Source of the DNA: Nostoc sp.
Lineage (GTDB): Bacteria; Cyanobacteriota; Cyanobacteriia; Cyanobacteriales; Nostocaceae
Length of the DNA: 64,000 nt
Direction of reading: 5' to 3'
Assembly: GCA_036918135.1 (NCBI GenBank)
Contig: JBALDB010000005.1
Location: 32,001-96,000 of the forward strand
The position numbers and the translations under genes are program-made. This document shows positions 1 to 10,446 of this stretch, piece by piece (position 1 is the first letter of the stretch; every line of letters begins with the position of its first letter). The notes below the pieces were generated by a model. The model saw only the letters and a program-made list of their open reading frames with translations, made no database searches and was not told the origin of the DNA.

Positions 1-802
1 TACATGGTTTTTTATTACTTATTTATTAATTTATGTAAACTAATATAATGGAATTATTACACTGGGTCAACATAAATTGATACAGAAAGGCTAATAGCAT
101 TAATAAAAGTTGCTTATCTAGAATGCATAAGATAGGCAATAGCTCTCGTGCTGACTTTTACAAGAGAACTAATGTGCTACTAAGTACCGGGGGTTTTGTC
201 AAAAGTATAAGCCTCAACCCAAACTAGAAAAGCGGAGTCACTGGGGTAGCAAGTTGCTTTTAGGGATGAATGTAAAACAGAAGCCAGTGAATAAAAAGAA
301 TTCATCATCAGAGCAATTAAGCTTACCTTGGAACAACCTGCCGGGTATCAGAAAATCTCGAAGTACAAGAGATTGCAGAAAAGTTTACTTGTGCCAATTG
401 CTTCAAACGTTGAAAATTTGTTATCTTTATTTTGGTTGCTTTCCCCCGTCCATTGCGTCCGTTCCGAACGCCCGCAGCAAGGACTCCTACTCCATATTTC
501 ATTACCAGCTGTGAAATATAATCTAAATTCAAGGACGGAAAAAGGGAAAGGAACCGCATAGCTGCTTCGGTGTTCGTTCATTCAACCATACTTCAGGGCT
601 AGCCTTGAAGAAGCACAGGATAACTGTATTTTTACAGATGTCCACAGCTTGTCATGAATTGCTGCTGCAATCTGTGATTTTAGTTGTATGCACGAATACC
701 CGGTCAAATAAAGCAGCATAAAATTAAGCTTTTAGCTACCGGAATTGTTGCAACCGCTCTCTTCAAGGCAGCCTCCTAGATTGACCCAAGGAGGTGTAAA
801 AA

Positions 803-979
803 ATGCAGCGTTCTGCCAAGTTTGTAACCAATAGCAATAAAACCGCATTCAATGTGGATGCCCCAGGCTGTCTATGTCTGGGGCTTTGTTTTAGGTACTT
901 AGCAAAAAATGCCCAAAAAATACAGCTGAGTACTACTTACATAGAAAAAGCCTGGTGTTTCTTCCAGGCGTCAAAATAA
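803..979 (+). CDS. Putative small ORF, 58 aa (MQRSAKFVTNSNKTAFNVDAPGCLCLGLC...CFFQASK)
   Basis: Strong Shine-Dalgarno AAGGAGGT at ~788-795, ATG at 803, TAA at 977-979; shorter than any ORF in the track; no recognisable family. Confidence 0.3.
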   Translation: MQRSAKFVTNSNKTAFNVDAPGCLCLGLCFRYLAKNAQKIQLSTTYIEKAWCFFQASK

Positions 980-999
980 TCCACTTCAATTTTAATTCC

Positions 1000-1170
1000 A
1001 TGAGCATACAGAAAGATAAATCTCTTAAACCGCCCAAAAACCACAGAGATTCCCTGCTTTGGTGGTTTCGCCAGAAGTGTAGATTCTGGCAGCCAATTGC
1101 AACAGCATTTACAGCAATCTTTTCCTTGCTGTTTACATTGCTAAAGCTTTGGCAATTTTTTCATTCTTAA
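1000..1170 (+). CDS. Putative small single-pass membrane peptide, 56 aa
   Basis: ATG at 1000 inside track ORF 955..1170; basic N-terminus, hydrophobic IATAFTAIFSLLFTLLKLW; terminator immediately downstream. Confidence 0.45.
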   Translation: MSIQKDKSLKPPKNHRDSLLWWFRQKCRFWQPIATAFTAIFSLLFTLLKLWQFFHS

Positions 1171-1197
1171 TTGTGCTTCGGTAACATAATTAAGCTT

Positions 1198-1224
1198 CAA
1201 AGGTGGGTATTACCCACCTTTTTT
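1198..1224 (+). terminator. Rho-independent terminator
   Basis: AAAGGTGGGTA/TACCCACCTTT stem followed by a T-run. Confidence 0.7.
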
Positions 1225-1442
1225 GTGCAGAACGCACAGTCAAAGCTTAGAAGTACATTCATCCAATACATGAATGTTGCTCTTATATCAATACTGTTAA
1301 AATTTTCAATCCCAAATTTAAAATTCATTCACAAAGCTACTTTAGCCTGACCACAAAGTAGCACACATAAAGCCTTGTCAGTGTCACGTTTACGCTATTG
1401 TATTATATAAACCACAAGCATATACTACAAGTGGACATAAAC

Positions 1443-2360
1443 ATGATGAAACATAAATTTTGGGCAAGTTATCTGCTTGCTGCTTTAGCATTTCTGCCCT
1501 CTGCACCTCTGGGCATGACTCAAGTATTAGCAACAGAGTCAGTTTACCAAATGGCACAAGCTAAATCTGCTTATACTCAAAATATGGTGCTTGGTTATAC
1601 TGAAACCAAACGAAGAAATTATCGAAAAGCTTTAGGATATTTTCAGCAAGCAGAGCGCTTACGTCCTGGAGATAAATATGCTACTACTGCAATTAGAAAT
1701 GTTACAAGTTACATTCAACGTGGTAGAAATCGTATTGCTTTCGTTCCTGGTATACCTGGTAGAGTCAGGTCAGCAGGAACACGGGGAGGTTGCTTTAAAA
1801 CTGGAGAATCTTTGATTCCTTTAGTACCAACAAATAAGGAAGCTCAACAAACCACAGCAGAACATCCGACATTCTATTTCTACATTCCTCAAACTTCTAC
1901 AAAAGTAGAAGCATTAGAATTTGTTTTGCAGGATGATGATAGCAGTGACCCTTTATACAAAGGAACTTTTAAACAGATTGCACAGAATGGGATTGTTAAC
2001 GTAACTGTACCTGCCGATAAATCATCTCTACAAATCGGCAAAAAATATAGTTGGACTTTTTCAATGATTTGCGATGTTGGCAACCCAGATAAAAACTCAT
2101 ATATAGAAGGTACAATAGTGCGATCGCAGGACGAAAATCTATCCCTTGAACTCAAACAACCAAATACAGATTTAGATCGTGCAGTTTTGTATGCCACAGC
2201 TGGATTTTGGGAAGACGCTCTAAGAACTTTAGCGAATTTACGCCGCCAACGTCCTAACGATCCTGAAGTGCAGAAATATTGGGAAGATTTATTAAATTCT
2301 GTAGACATTAAAGAAGTTATAAACAAGCCTCTATTGCCCTGTTGTACTGCCCAGAACTAA
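1443..2360 (+). CDS. DUF928 domain protein with signal peptide and TPR-like N-terminal helix pair
   Basis: PGRVRSAGTRGGC, LIPLVP, TTAEHPTFYFYIP, YSWTFSMIC and YATAGFWEDAL...WEDLL are typical DUF928 motifs. Confidence 0.85.
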   Translation: MMKHKFWASYLLAALAFLPSAPLGMTQVLATESVYQMAQAKSAYTQNMVLGYTETKRRNYRKALGYFQQAERLRPGDKYATTAIRNVTSYIQRGRNRIAFVPGIPGRVRSAGTRGGCFKTGESLIPLVPTNKEAQQTTAEHPTFYFYIPQTSTKVEALEFVLQDDDSSDPLYKGTFKQIAQNGIVNVTVPADKSSLQIGKKYSWTFSMICDVGNPDKNSYIEGTIVRSQDENLSLELKQPNTDLDRAVLYATAGFWEDALRTLANLRRQRPNDPEVQKYWEDLLNSVDIKEVINKPLLPCCTAQN

Positions 2361-2375
2361 ATTAACAATTACTTA

Positions 2376-2409
2376 AAAACCCGGTTTTGATATCAAAGCC
2401 GGGTTTTTT
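2376..2409. terminator. Bidirectional terminator hairpin between convergent genes
   Basis: AAAAACCCGG...CCGGGTTTTTT inverted repeat. Confidence 0.65.
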
Positions 2410-2543
2410 ACTTCAAATTTACACTAATAAACTCATATCATGTCCGGCAAATTACTTATGATATGTCATTGCGAGTGCAACTGCGATCGCATCCTTATTT
2501 AGAAACGTGAATCGCCTTCGATTAAATCAAGCCAAATCCAAAT

Positions 2544-3152
2544 TTAAGTTGATTGTGACTTAATCATCCACACCAAAATACCTAATATTTGCTCCACTGG
2601 GGGAATTAAATATTCGGTTAAATCAATAGTTACAGTGTTGTCTTCCAACTTAAGGAATGTCCACAGATTGCCACTACTAACACTACCGTAAATAGTGGTA
2701 ATAGTTTTTTCGTTTTTGCTATTAAACCTTTGAGCAGCTATCATTTCTGCAATACACTGCCCTAAACCACTTTTAAGATTTTCCTTTTTGGCTTCTACAA
2801 TCACCACTGCTGGGGCTTCAATAAATAACTGTTCTGGCGAAAGGCTAATCAGAAAGTCGCAATATCCACTGAGTCCAACTTCTGGTTCAACGTTAAATTC
2901 TTCTCCCGAAAAAAAGCTGATTTGTCTGTCGAGAATTTTTCGGACTTCAAACAAAATTGGGCTAATAATCAATTCCGATCTAGCTTTTTCAGAACCCATT
3001 GCAATTGCTAACTGAATACTTTCTCCTAAAAATTCAGCCAACAAAGGACTAGGTGAAATTGGTTCTATAGGCGGCAAAAATCGTCCGCCTTCCACAAGGG
3101 TAAGGTTAAAGTCTTGTTTTACTTTTCTTAGAGAAAACTCTCTATAAGACAT
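2544..3152 (-). CDS. Conserved cyanobacterial PD-(D/E)XK-like hypothetical protein
   Basis: SEKARSELIISPIL, GYCDFLIS, IVEAKKEN, GLGQCIAEM motifs. Confidence 0.75.
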   Translation of the reverse strand: MSYREFSLRKVKQDFNLTLVEGGRFLPPIEPISPSPLLAEFLGESIQLAIAMGSEKARSELIISPILFEVRKILDRQISFFSGEEFNVEPEVGLSGYCDFLISLSPEQLFIEAPAVVIVEAKKENLKSGLGQCIAEMIAAQRFNSKNEKTITTIYGSVSSGNLWTFLKLEDNTVTIDLTEYLIPPVEQILGILVWMIKSQST

Positions 3153-3206
3153 CAACTGTCTCCCATTAAAATCCCCTCTCGGTTTGGAGAGGGGTTTAGG
3201 GTAAAG

Positions 3207-4937
3207 TTACGCCGGATAAATCCTGAGTCGGCGATTTGGTTCTTCGCCAAAACTGTGGGACTTGAGTCGATAGTGTTCTACCAACTCATGTTGCATTTTG
3301 CGGACTTGGGGAGAACGAGGTAATAACTCTACTGGCTGTCCTTTGGGAATTACAATTTGCTCTACGGCAAGTCTGGCTTCTTCCAAGGCGTCCATTTCGT
3401 CATCGCTACCACTGTGCAAAAACAGTTGCAGTTCTCGGTCGTCGGCCATGTCCGGGTCGTCGATGTTCAGCAACCGCCGCAAGCCACGGGTAATTTGAGG
3501 AATGGTGCTGGACTTAATCATGTGGATCGGCACATGACGAGCTTTGGCTATTTGGCGTAATTTTGCGTGATTTTTGACATGCGATCGTAGTGCTAAAATT
3601 GCATCAGCACTATCTATGTCTTTTGTCAATACCACGGGTAAAGTTAGCACGCTGATTACCTGTTCGAGTTGGTGGCGGCTAACACCATAGGGGTAAACGT
3701 GCAGTGGCAAATCTTCACCATTTGGCCCCGCCTGTCTAATACCATCCAAATCAACGCTCTCAGAATAATTGAAGGATTCGTCGAGCAAGCGGTCAAACTC
3801 ACTGCGCCCAGTTACCCGTTCTACAGGCAATGGCGGCAGTGCTACCATTTGTCCAGATGAACGCCAGCCTGCGGACTGTCGCGCTGAAGAGAAAGATTCC
3901 TCCCCTGTCGCCTGGTGTCCACCGCGACCGTTAACCACAGCTAACTGCCGTGTAATAGCAACTTTGCCTTGGTCATCAACGGTTCTCGTTTGTGGGCTAG
4001 GCTGACGACCGCGCAACAGATTATCTACTGTGTCAGCAACGCTTTCGTGTATTACCCAACGCTGCCGTTCCAGCATTTCCACAGCAATCTCGAAGGTGGG
4101 AGGGGCTTTGCGTTCCAAAACAGTCTTTTGACTCCCTCGGCGTCTAGCTTCGTCGTCTCCCAAAGTCACAGCTTGGATACCCCCAACTAAATCAGCCAGG
4201 GTGGGGTTTTTAATCAAGTTTTCAATCTGATTACCGTGGGCAGTACCTACCAACTGTACGCCCCGTTCAGCAATGGTACGAGCTGCTAAAGCTTCCAGTT
4301 CTGTGCCAATTTCATCAATGACGATAACTTCTGGCATATGGTTTTCCACTGCTTCAATCATCACTTGATGTTGTTGATTTGGATGAGCCACTTGCATCCG
4401 CCGAGCGCGACCAATGGCGGGATGAGCAATATCACCATCCCCAGCGATTTCATTGGATGTGTCAATAATTACGACTCGTTTGAGCAGGTCATCCGCCAAA
4501 ACACGGGCAATTTCCCGTAAGGCAGTAGTTTTGCCCACACCTGGACGCCCCAGCATGAGAATCGATTTACCAGTTTCTACCAAATCGCGGATCATGCCGA
4601 TGGTTCCAAACACCGCCCGACCGACGCGACACGTCAAGCCAATAATCTTGCCAGTGCGGTTGCGAATGGCACTGATCCGATGTAAAGTTTGCTCAATTCC
4701 TGCCCGATTATCTCCGCCAAAGGTTCCAACTCGTTGAATACAATCATCTATCTGTTCTTGAGTAACGGGTGTTTCGCTCAGATACTCGGCTTGATTAGGA
4801 AAGCGAGCCTCTGGGCGACGACCCAAATCCAAGACCACTTCAACTAAACTATCTCGTTTGGGATGGCTCTCTAGTACTTGTCGCAGGTCTTGGGGCAAAA
4901 TGTCTAATAACTTTTGGAGATCGTCTGTAATCGTCAT
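3207..4937 (-). CDS. ycf45: Ycf45-like AAA ATPase (SpoIIIAA-like) with C-terminal R3H domain
   Basis: Walker A GRPGVGKTT, Walker B VIVIDEIG, R3H-type end RKMQHELVEHYRLKSHSFGEEPNRRLRI. Confidence 0.85.
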   Translation of the reverse strand: MTITDDLQKLLDILPQDLRQVLESHPKRDSLVEVVLDLGRRPEARFPNQAEYLSETPVTQEQIDDCIQRVGTFGGDNRAGIEQTLHRISAIRNRTGKIIGLTCRVGRAVFGTIGMIRDLVETGKSILMLGRPGVGKTTALREIARVLADDLLKRVVIIDTSNEIAGDGDIAHPAIGRARRMQVAHPNQQHQVMIEAVENHMPEVIVIDEIGTELEALAARTIAERGVQLVGTAHGNQIENLIKNPTLADLVGGIQAVTLGDDEARRRGSQKTVLERKAPPTFEIAVEMLERQRWVIHESVADTVDNLLRGRQPSPQTRTVDDQGKVAITRQLAVVNGRGGHQATGEESFSSARQSAGWRSSGQMVALPPLPVERVTGRSEFDRLLDESFNYSESVDLDGIRQAGPNGEDLPLHVYPYGVSRHQLEQVISVLTLPVVLTKDIDSADAILALRSHVKNHAKLRQIAKARHVPIHMIKSSTIPQITRGLRRLLNIDDPDMADDRELQLFLHSGSDDEMDALEEARLAVEQIVIPKGQPVELLPRSPQVRKMQHELVEHYRLKSHSFGEEPNRRLRIYPA

Positions 4938-5031
4938 GCTTTCTATGTGACGTTTTGAGAGATAGTGAGGACATTTACGTGCAGGAGTTGCGTTAGTAAA
5001 TAATTGTCCAGAACGAGGGTTAATACTCCTG

Positions 5032-6177
5032 CTATGACTTGATCTGGGAAACGAGAGAATGGGCTAGCTCTACAGCTTGCCAAAGTAATATTTCATCTTC
5101 TTCTAGATAAACTGTTGTTTTAATATTGGTGTTACTTACCTCCTTATTCTCTAACTGTTCGAGAATCGATGACAGCAGGACACGAGCGTAGCTACCGTAG
5201 GCAACCCCAGCAAAGGATGGGGAGCAGGGAGCTCTTAGCGCGGGGAAAATTTCTTCTCCTGTGCCCCCCGCCCCCTGTCTCCCTGCCTCTTTGAGTAGTC
5301 CCATTGCCTTTAACTTGGGAACAGTGTAGCTGTTAGTGCCGCCTGCTAACTGCACATATCCGGGTAACTTAGCTGCCAAAACTTTTTGACCTAATTTCAC
5401 TGCGGCTATTGTGGTACCATCGCCAATATCACCGCTCATGGGGCGACCGTCGGTTTGCCAAATTAAAGCACTCTTGAGTGGGGTAATCAGGTCATATAGC
5501 GCTTTGAGGTAGTCAGTCATTCCCTCGCCATCGGGACAACTGATGGCTACTACCTTTAATCGATCCACCCACGGTGAAATTACTTGCCACAATCGCTCAA
5601 ATTCTGCCAACCGCCCAACTTTTGTATGGATTTCTACGGCATCTACTTCCGTTGACATTACCAATTGCGCGATCGCTCCGGGCGTTGAGATATACGAACT
5701 TGTATAAATTATATCATATGGACAAACTGGTATACAACGACCGCAGCCATAGCATTTTTGGGATATTACTCCTGAAAAGTTTTCTTTTATACTGTTAAAC
5801 ACGATTGCTTGTGCCGGACAAATCCTTTGACAGGGTCTAGGGCAGTCTGTAGGGCACTGAGTAGAATTAAATTCTGCTTTCCGAAAATGGGGGTCTTCTC
5901 CATCGTTGAGGCTGACCATTAAAAAGGGTGAGTTGCCTTTGTAGCCAAAGCCACGCTCTTGGGCATCCTTAGCCAATTTCTTGGCTACTTGTAGCGCTGC
6001 TTGCACTGCTGCAATCACCGCTGGGTCAGCTGCGACATCTATGCAGTCAGCGCCCGCCAAAGTGTAGGCTAACGTTAAACTTCTGACTGCCGGCAGATGC
6101 TGGAAACTGGCTCCGCAAATGAGCTTGAACCAGTGACCTTGTTTGAGAGATTCTAAAGGGGGGAACAGATCAGTCAC
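5032..6177 (-). CDS. ldpA: Circadian input Fe-S protein LdpA
   Basis: WFKLICGASFQHLP N-terminus, two 4Fe-4S motifs (CPTDCPRPCQRICP, CYGCGRCIPVCP), WQTDGRPMSGDIG. Confidence 0.92.
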   Translation of the reverse strand: MTDLFPPLESLKQGHWFKLICGASFQHLPAVRSLTLAYTLAGADCIDVAADPAVIAAVQAALQVAKKLAKDAQERGFGYKGNSPFLMVSLNDGEDPHFRKAEFNSTQCPTDCPRPCQRICPAQAIVFNSIKENFSGVISQKCYGCGRCIPVCPYDIIYTSSYISTPGAIAQLVMSTEVDAVEIHTKVGRLAEFERLWQVISPWVDRLKVVAISCPDGEGMTDYLKALYDLITPLKSALIWQTDGRPMSGDIGDGTTIAAVKLGQKVLAAKLPGYVQLAGGTNSYTVPKLKAMGLLKEAGRQGAGGTGEEIFPALRAPCSPSFAGVAYGSYARVLLSSILEQLENKEVSNTNIKTTVYLEEDEILLWQAVELAHSLVSQIKS

Positions 6178-6356
6178 ATTTCTATTATGCGTTTATGCGA
6201 CTAAAAATAGTAGTGTGTAATTAATAAAAAGTCCGGATTTCCTGATTCAGGGCATTAAGAGTATTGAGTGTTTAGTGTTGAGTGTTGAGTAAAGCCAAAG
6301 GCAAAGCGTCTTTGGTTAAGAATTATTCTCCCCCTGCTCCTCACTCTCCACTCCTT

Positions 6357-6650
6357 ATGTTTCATTCAACAACCGTATTCTTTGTGGAAGACTCTGCCGA
6401 AGATAGAGCTTTATATCGACGCTTGGTGGAGTAGGACGATCGCTACACCTATGAGATTTGCTACCTTTGAGTCTGGGAAGGAAGCGCTGCAAGCTTGCCA
6501 AGGAAAAATTCTGGATGTGATTTTGTTGGATTATCGATTGCCAAATTTAAACGGGCTGGAATTTATTACTGAGCTGGAGAAGCAAATTCATAGTAGCAAA
6601 TCTCAGTAATTATATTTAATTACGGAGAAGAGAATGTTAGTAAGTCAACA
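6357..6650 (+). pseudogene. Degraded response-regulator receiver domain
   Basis: ATG at 6357 gives MFHSTTVFFVEDSAEDRALYRRLVE then TAG; a frameshift leads into FESGKEALQAC...DVILLDYRLPNLNGLEF, which stops at 6609. Confidence 0.75.
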
Positions 6651-6871
6651 TTGAAAAAGGTTAAATAGAATCTTTGCGATTACTTCTCTACGAGACGCTC
6701 TGCGTAGCTTGCTTCCACGTTCGCGTAGCGTCCCGCAGGGAAGTGGTACGCTTAACTCCGTTTTGCTGGTAATGACATTTTACATTTAATTAAGTTGAGC
6801 TAATTATCAATCGTCCCTTATGAGAAACACATTAATGGACGATTTCACTTGAATTGTGGATTCTTCTTCAA

Positions 6872-8350
6872 TTAAGGCTCAAATTGTTTTATAGGAATTT
6901 CAATCGCAAATTCTGCTCCTTGTCCAGCAGATGAAGTGCAAGTAATCTCTCCTCGGTGTTTTTGGACAATAATTTGATAGCTAATAGACAATCCTAATCC
7001 ACTACCTTTGCCCACAGGTTTTGTGGTAAAAAATGGGTCAAATAAACGCGATCGCAATGATTCTTCTATACCACAACCATTATCGGCGATCGCTATTTTG
7101 ACCGTATGAGAGTTTGTCATTTGTGTGTAAATCCGAATTTCGGGAGTAGGGAGTAAGCCATTGGGTATAGAGTATGGGGGAGCCAGTCGCATGGGCGGGT
7201 CTGGTGACTTGTGCGAACTGGCGTCATGCGGCATTGGACTGGGAGTTCTTAGCAGGGAAGAAAATTCCTCTTTTGTGCTTTCTTCCCCCCTACCTAATTC
7301 CTCATCTCCCGATTCCCCATTACCCCTTATCTCCAGAGGCATCTTTGAGTTTCCCACTCCCTTTTCTAAAGCATCAATGGCATTATTCAATAGATGTATA
7401 AATACTTGATTTAGTTCGCTTGCATAACAGTTAACTGGAGGTAAGTTGCCATAATCTTTAACTACAACAATTGCAGGACGGTCTGCTGTTTCCTTGAGTC
7501 GATGCTGTAACATCACTAAAGTGTTTTCGATGCCTTCATGGATATTTACTCCCTTTATCTGGGATTCATCGTGTCGAGAGAAGTTTTGTAATGCTAGTAC
7601 TATTTCCCGAATACGATTAGAACCTCTATTCATTGCGCCTATCAGCTTTTGCAAATCATTAATTACAAAATTCAGGTCTATATCTTGAGCTATTTGCTGA
7701 ACTTTTGGCGTTGGTTTAGGATATTCTTGTTGATAAACCTGAATAATATCTACTAGGTCTTGTACATATTGACCAGCATATTGAAGATTTCCATAAATAA
7801 AACTGATCGGATTATTTATTTCATGAGCAATTCCAGCTACTAACTGCCCCAAAGCTACCATTTTTTCATTTTGAATTTGTTGAACTTGGACAGATCTCAA
7901 GTTGTCAAGAGCCTCTTGAAGTAAAAAGTTTTTTTCTTGCAGTTTAACTTGTAGCAAACGTAAATTAATCTGATTTTCAATTCGCAACACAACCTCTGCT
8001 CCATGAAAAGGTTTGGCAATATAATCTACGCCACCAACATCAAAAGCCTTTGCTTTATCTACAACATCATCAAGGGCACTAATAAAAATTACTGGAATTT
8101 CACAAGTTTTATCGTCAGCTTTGAGTTGTTGACAAACTTGATAGCCATCCATACCAGGCATATTAATATCAAGTAAAATCACATCTGGCAAAACCATTTG
8201 ACATGCAGTCAGTGCCATTTTGCCATTTAAGGCTTTGCGAACTTCAAAACCTTGTGCAGTCAACATTGCCGACAAAAGCCGCAGATTATCTGGGGTATCA
8301 TCTACCACCAAAATATTTCTTTTATAATCGTCAGTTTGATTTAAATACAT
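6872..8350 (-). CDS. Hybrid response regulator / histidine kinase (REC-HisKA-HATPase)
   Basis: ILVVDD..DVILLDINMPGMDG; H-box GIAHEINNP; G-boxes DNGCGI, FDPFFTTKPVGKGSGLGL. Confidence 0.92.
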   Translation of the reverse strand: MYLNQTDDYKRNILVVDDTPDNLRLLSAMLTAQGFEVRKALNGKMALTACQMVLPDVILLDINMPGMDGYQVCQQLKADDKTCEIPVIFISALDDVVDKAKAFDVGGVDYIAKPFHGAEVVLRIENQINLRLLQVKLQEKNFLLQEALDNLRSVQVQQIQNEKMVALGQLVAGIAHEINNPISFIYGNLQYAGQYVQDLVDIIQVYQQEYPKPTPKVQQIAQDIDLNFVINDLQKLIGAMNRGSNRIREIVLALQNFSRHDESQIKGVNIHEGIENTLVMLQHRLKETADRPAIVVVKDYGNLPPVNCYASELNQVFIHLLNNAIDALEKGVGNSKMPLEIRGNGESGDEELGRGEESTKEEFSSLLRTPSPMPHDASSHKSPDPPMRLAPPYSIPNGLLPTPEIRIYTQMTNSHTVKIAIADNGCGIEESLRSRLFDPFFTTKPVGKGSGLGLSISYQIIVQKHRGEITCTSSAGQGAEFAIEIPIKQFEP

Positions 8351-8610
8351 TATAAAAAACTATATTTTTAATATTTTATGATAGTAAATAATGATTTGAA
8401 ATCACCTGTAAAATTTAGCTCAATTTTGCCAAAAAATTTATTTTTATAGTTTAACTTCCATATTGCTTGGAGAGTTTTACAGACTATCAAAGCTATTAGT
8501 TAAGTTATGAGCTTTGCAAAGCTAAAAGCTCGATTAGAGCAGTATAGTAGATAGCAGGCACAGACGAGCTTACCGAGCGTCAAAATCAAGTTTTTGGTGC
8601 TATTTGATAG

Positions 8611-10446
8611 CTACCATTGAGGTGCTGCCTCAAGTAACTTTAGAACCAATTTTTCTTCTATAGGTTTAGAAAACAGATATCCTTGAGCAAAATCACAGTT
8701 TAAATTTCTCAATTTGGCTAACTGTTCTTGTGTTTCGACACCTTCAGCGATCGCGCTCATTCCCATTGAGTTAGCAATACCAATCATTGCTGGAACTAAC
8801 CCCATATTTTCTTCGTTTTCCTGCATACGTTTAACAAATGATTTATCAATTTTAAGTGCATTTAAAGGAAAGCTGTGGAGATAACTTAAAGAGGAATATC
8901 CTGTACCAAAATCATCCATAATCAATTTTATCTTCCGCTGTTTTAGTTGTTCAAGTATTATTTTGATTGCATTAGTATTTTCCATGATTACACTTTCTGT
9001 AATTTCTAATTGTAAATATTCTGGATTTATTTGATTTTCATAAATTATTCGATCTATTTGATCTACCAAATTTGGCTGGGAAAATAATCTAGCACTCAAA
9101 TTTACACTAATAGTTAAGGATTTTGGTGTTATTGGATGATGTTGCCACACGCTTAGTTGATGGCAAGCTGACTGTAATACCCAAGTATTAATCGCACTAA
9201 TCAAACCTGTTTCTTCTGCTACAGGAATAAATTCTATAGGAGAAACCAAACCGCGAATCGGATGCTGCCAGCGTACTAAGGCTTCAAATCCAGAAATTCT
9301 TCCTGTAGTTAGGCTAATAATTGGCTGATAGTAAACGAGGAATTCTTGCCTTTCTACAGCCCTTCGCAAGTCATTTTCTAGCTCTAAAAGGTGAATAGCT
9401 TCCTGATGCATTGCTGGATCGAAAACGTGATATTTTGCTCTTCCTTGAGCCTTGGCACGATACATTGCCGTATCAGCATCCCGCAGTAAATACTCTGGGC
9501 GATCGTAATCTTTGTTGCCCCAACTAATACCAATACTGGCATTCATAAATACTTCATATCTTGACAGTTTAAAAGCAAGTGATAGCTGTTGCAGAATACG
9601 CTCGGCAACTTGAATTGCTATATTGATATCTGTAAGATTTTCTAGAAGAATACCAAATTCGTCACCGCCTAATCGTGCTAAAGTATCAATAGGTATTAGG
9701 CATGTTTGTAGGCGGCAAGCAATAGCAATCAGCAATTCATCTCCTACCAAATGACCAAGAGAATCATTGATCACTTTAAAGCGATCGCAATCTAAAAAAA
9801 GTACAGCGAACTGATAATTTGATTCTTCTTTAGCACGGTTTAGAGCATTTTTGAGTTGCCTGATAAACAAAGCTCGGTTTGGCAAACCAGTCAGCGAATC
9901 ATGGAGCGCTATATCTAGGATTTGACTTTGTAATTTCTGGCGGTAAATAATTTCTTCGTGGAGTTTTTGGAGAGCATTTTCTAGCTCCCAAGTACGTTGT
10001 TTTACCCGATGCTCAAGTTCGACATTTAGTTTCAATATTTCTAATCGTGCCGCTCTCAATGCCAGTTGATTTTGCACGCGCACTAAAACTTCTTGAAATT
10101 CAAAAGGTTTAGTAATATAGTCTACACCACCAACCTTAAAGGCTTTAACTTTGTCAAAAACATCATCCAACGCGCTAATAAAAATTACTGGAATATCGGC
10201 TGTTAGCTCCCAAGCCTTAAAGGTTTGACAAATTTCATAGCCATCTACTTCTGGCATCATAATATCGAGCAAAATTAGATCGGGTAATACTGTTTGAGTT
10301 GCTGTGAGTGCCATTTGCCAGTTCAAGGCTTTACGAACGTTGTACCCTTCCTTTGTCAATATCGAAGATAAAACCCGCAGGTTATCTGCCATATCGTCAA
10401 CGATCAAAATATCTTTTTTATAAGGGTCTAAATGCTCGTAATTCAT
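8611..10446 (-). CDS. REC-GGDEF-EAL diguanylate cyclase/phosphodiesterase
   Basis: REC N-terminus, HDSLTGLPNR, RLGGDEF, FEALVRW, DDFGTGYSSL. Confidence 0.95.
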   Translation of the reverse strand: MNYEHLDPYKKDILIVDDMADNLRVLSSILTKEGYNVRKALNWQMALTATQTVLPDLILLDIMMPEVDGYEICQTFKAWELTADIPVIFISALDDVFDKVKAFKVGGVDYITKPFEFQEVLVRVQNQLALRAARLEILKLNVELEHRVKQRTWELENALQKLHEEIIYRQKLQSQILDIALHDSLTGLPNRALFIRQLKNALNRAKEESNYQFAVLFLDCDRFKVINDSLGHLVGDELLIAIACRLQTCLIPIDTLARLGGDEFGILLENLTDINIAIQVAERILQQLSLAFKLSRYEVFMNASIGISWGNKDYDRPEYLLRDADTAMYRAKAQGRAKYHVFDPAMHQEAIHLLELENDLRRAVERQEFLVYYQPIISLTTGRISGFEALVRWQHPIRGLVSPIEFIPVAEETGLISAINTWVLQSACHQLSVWQHHPITPKSLTISVNLSARLFSQPNLVDQIDRIIYENQINPEYLQLEITESVIMENTNAIKIILEQLKQRKIKLIMDDFGTGYSSLSYLHSFPLNALKIDKSFVKRMQENEENMGLVPAMIGIANSMGMSAIAEGVETQEQLAKLRNLNCDFAQGYLFSKPIEEKLVLKLLEAAPQW

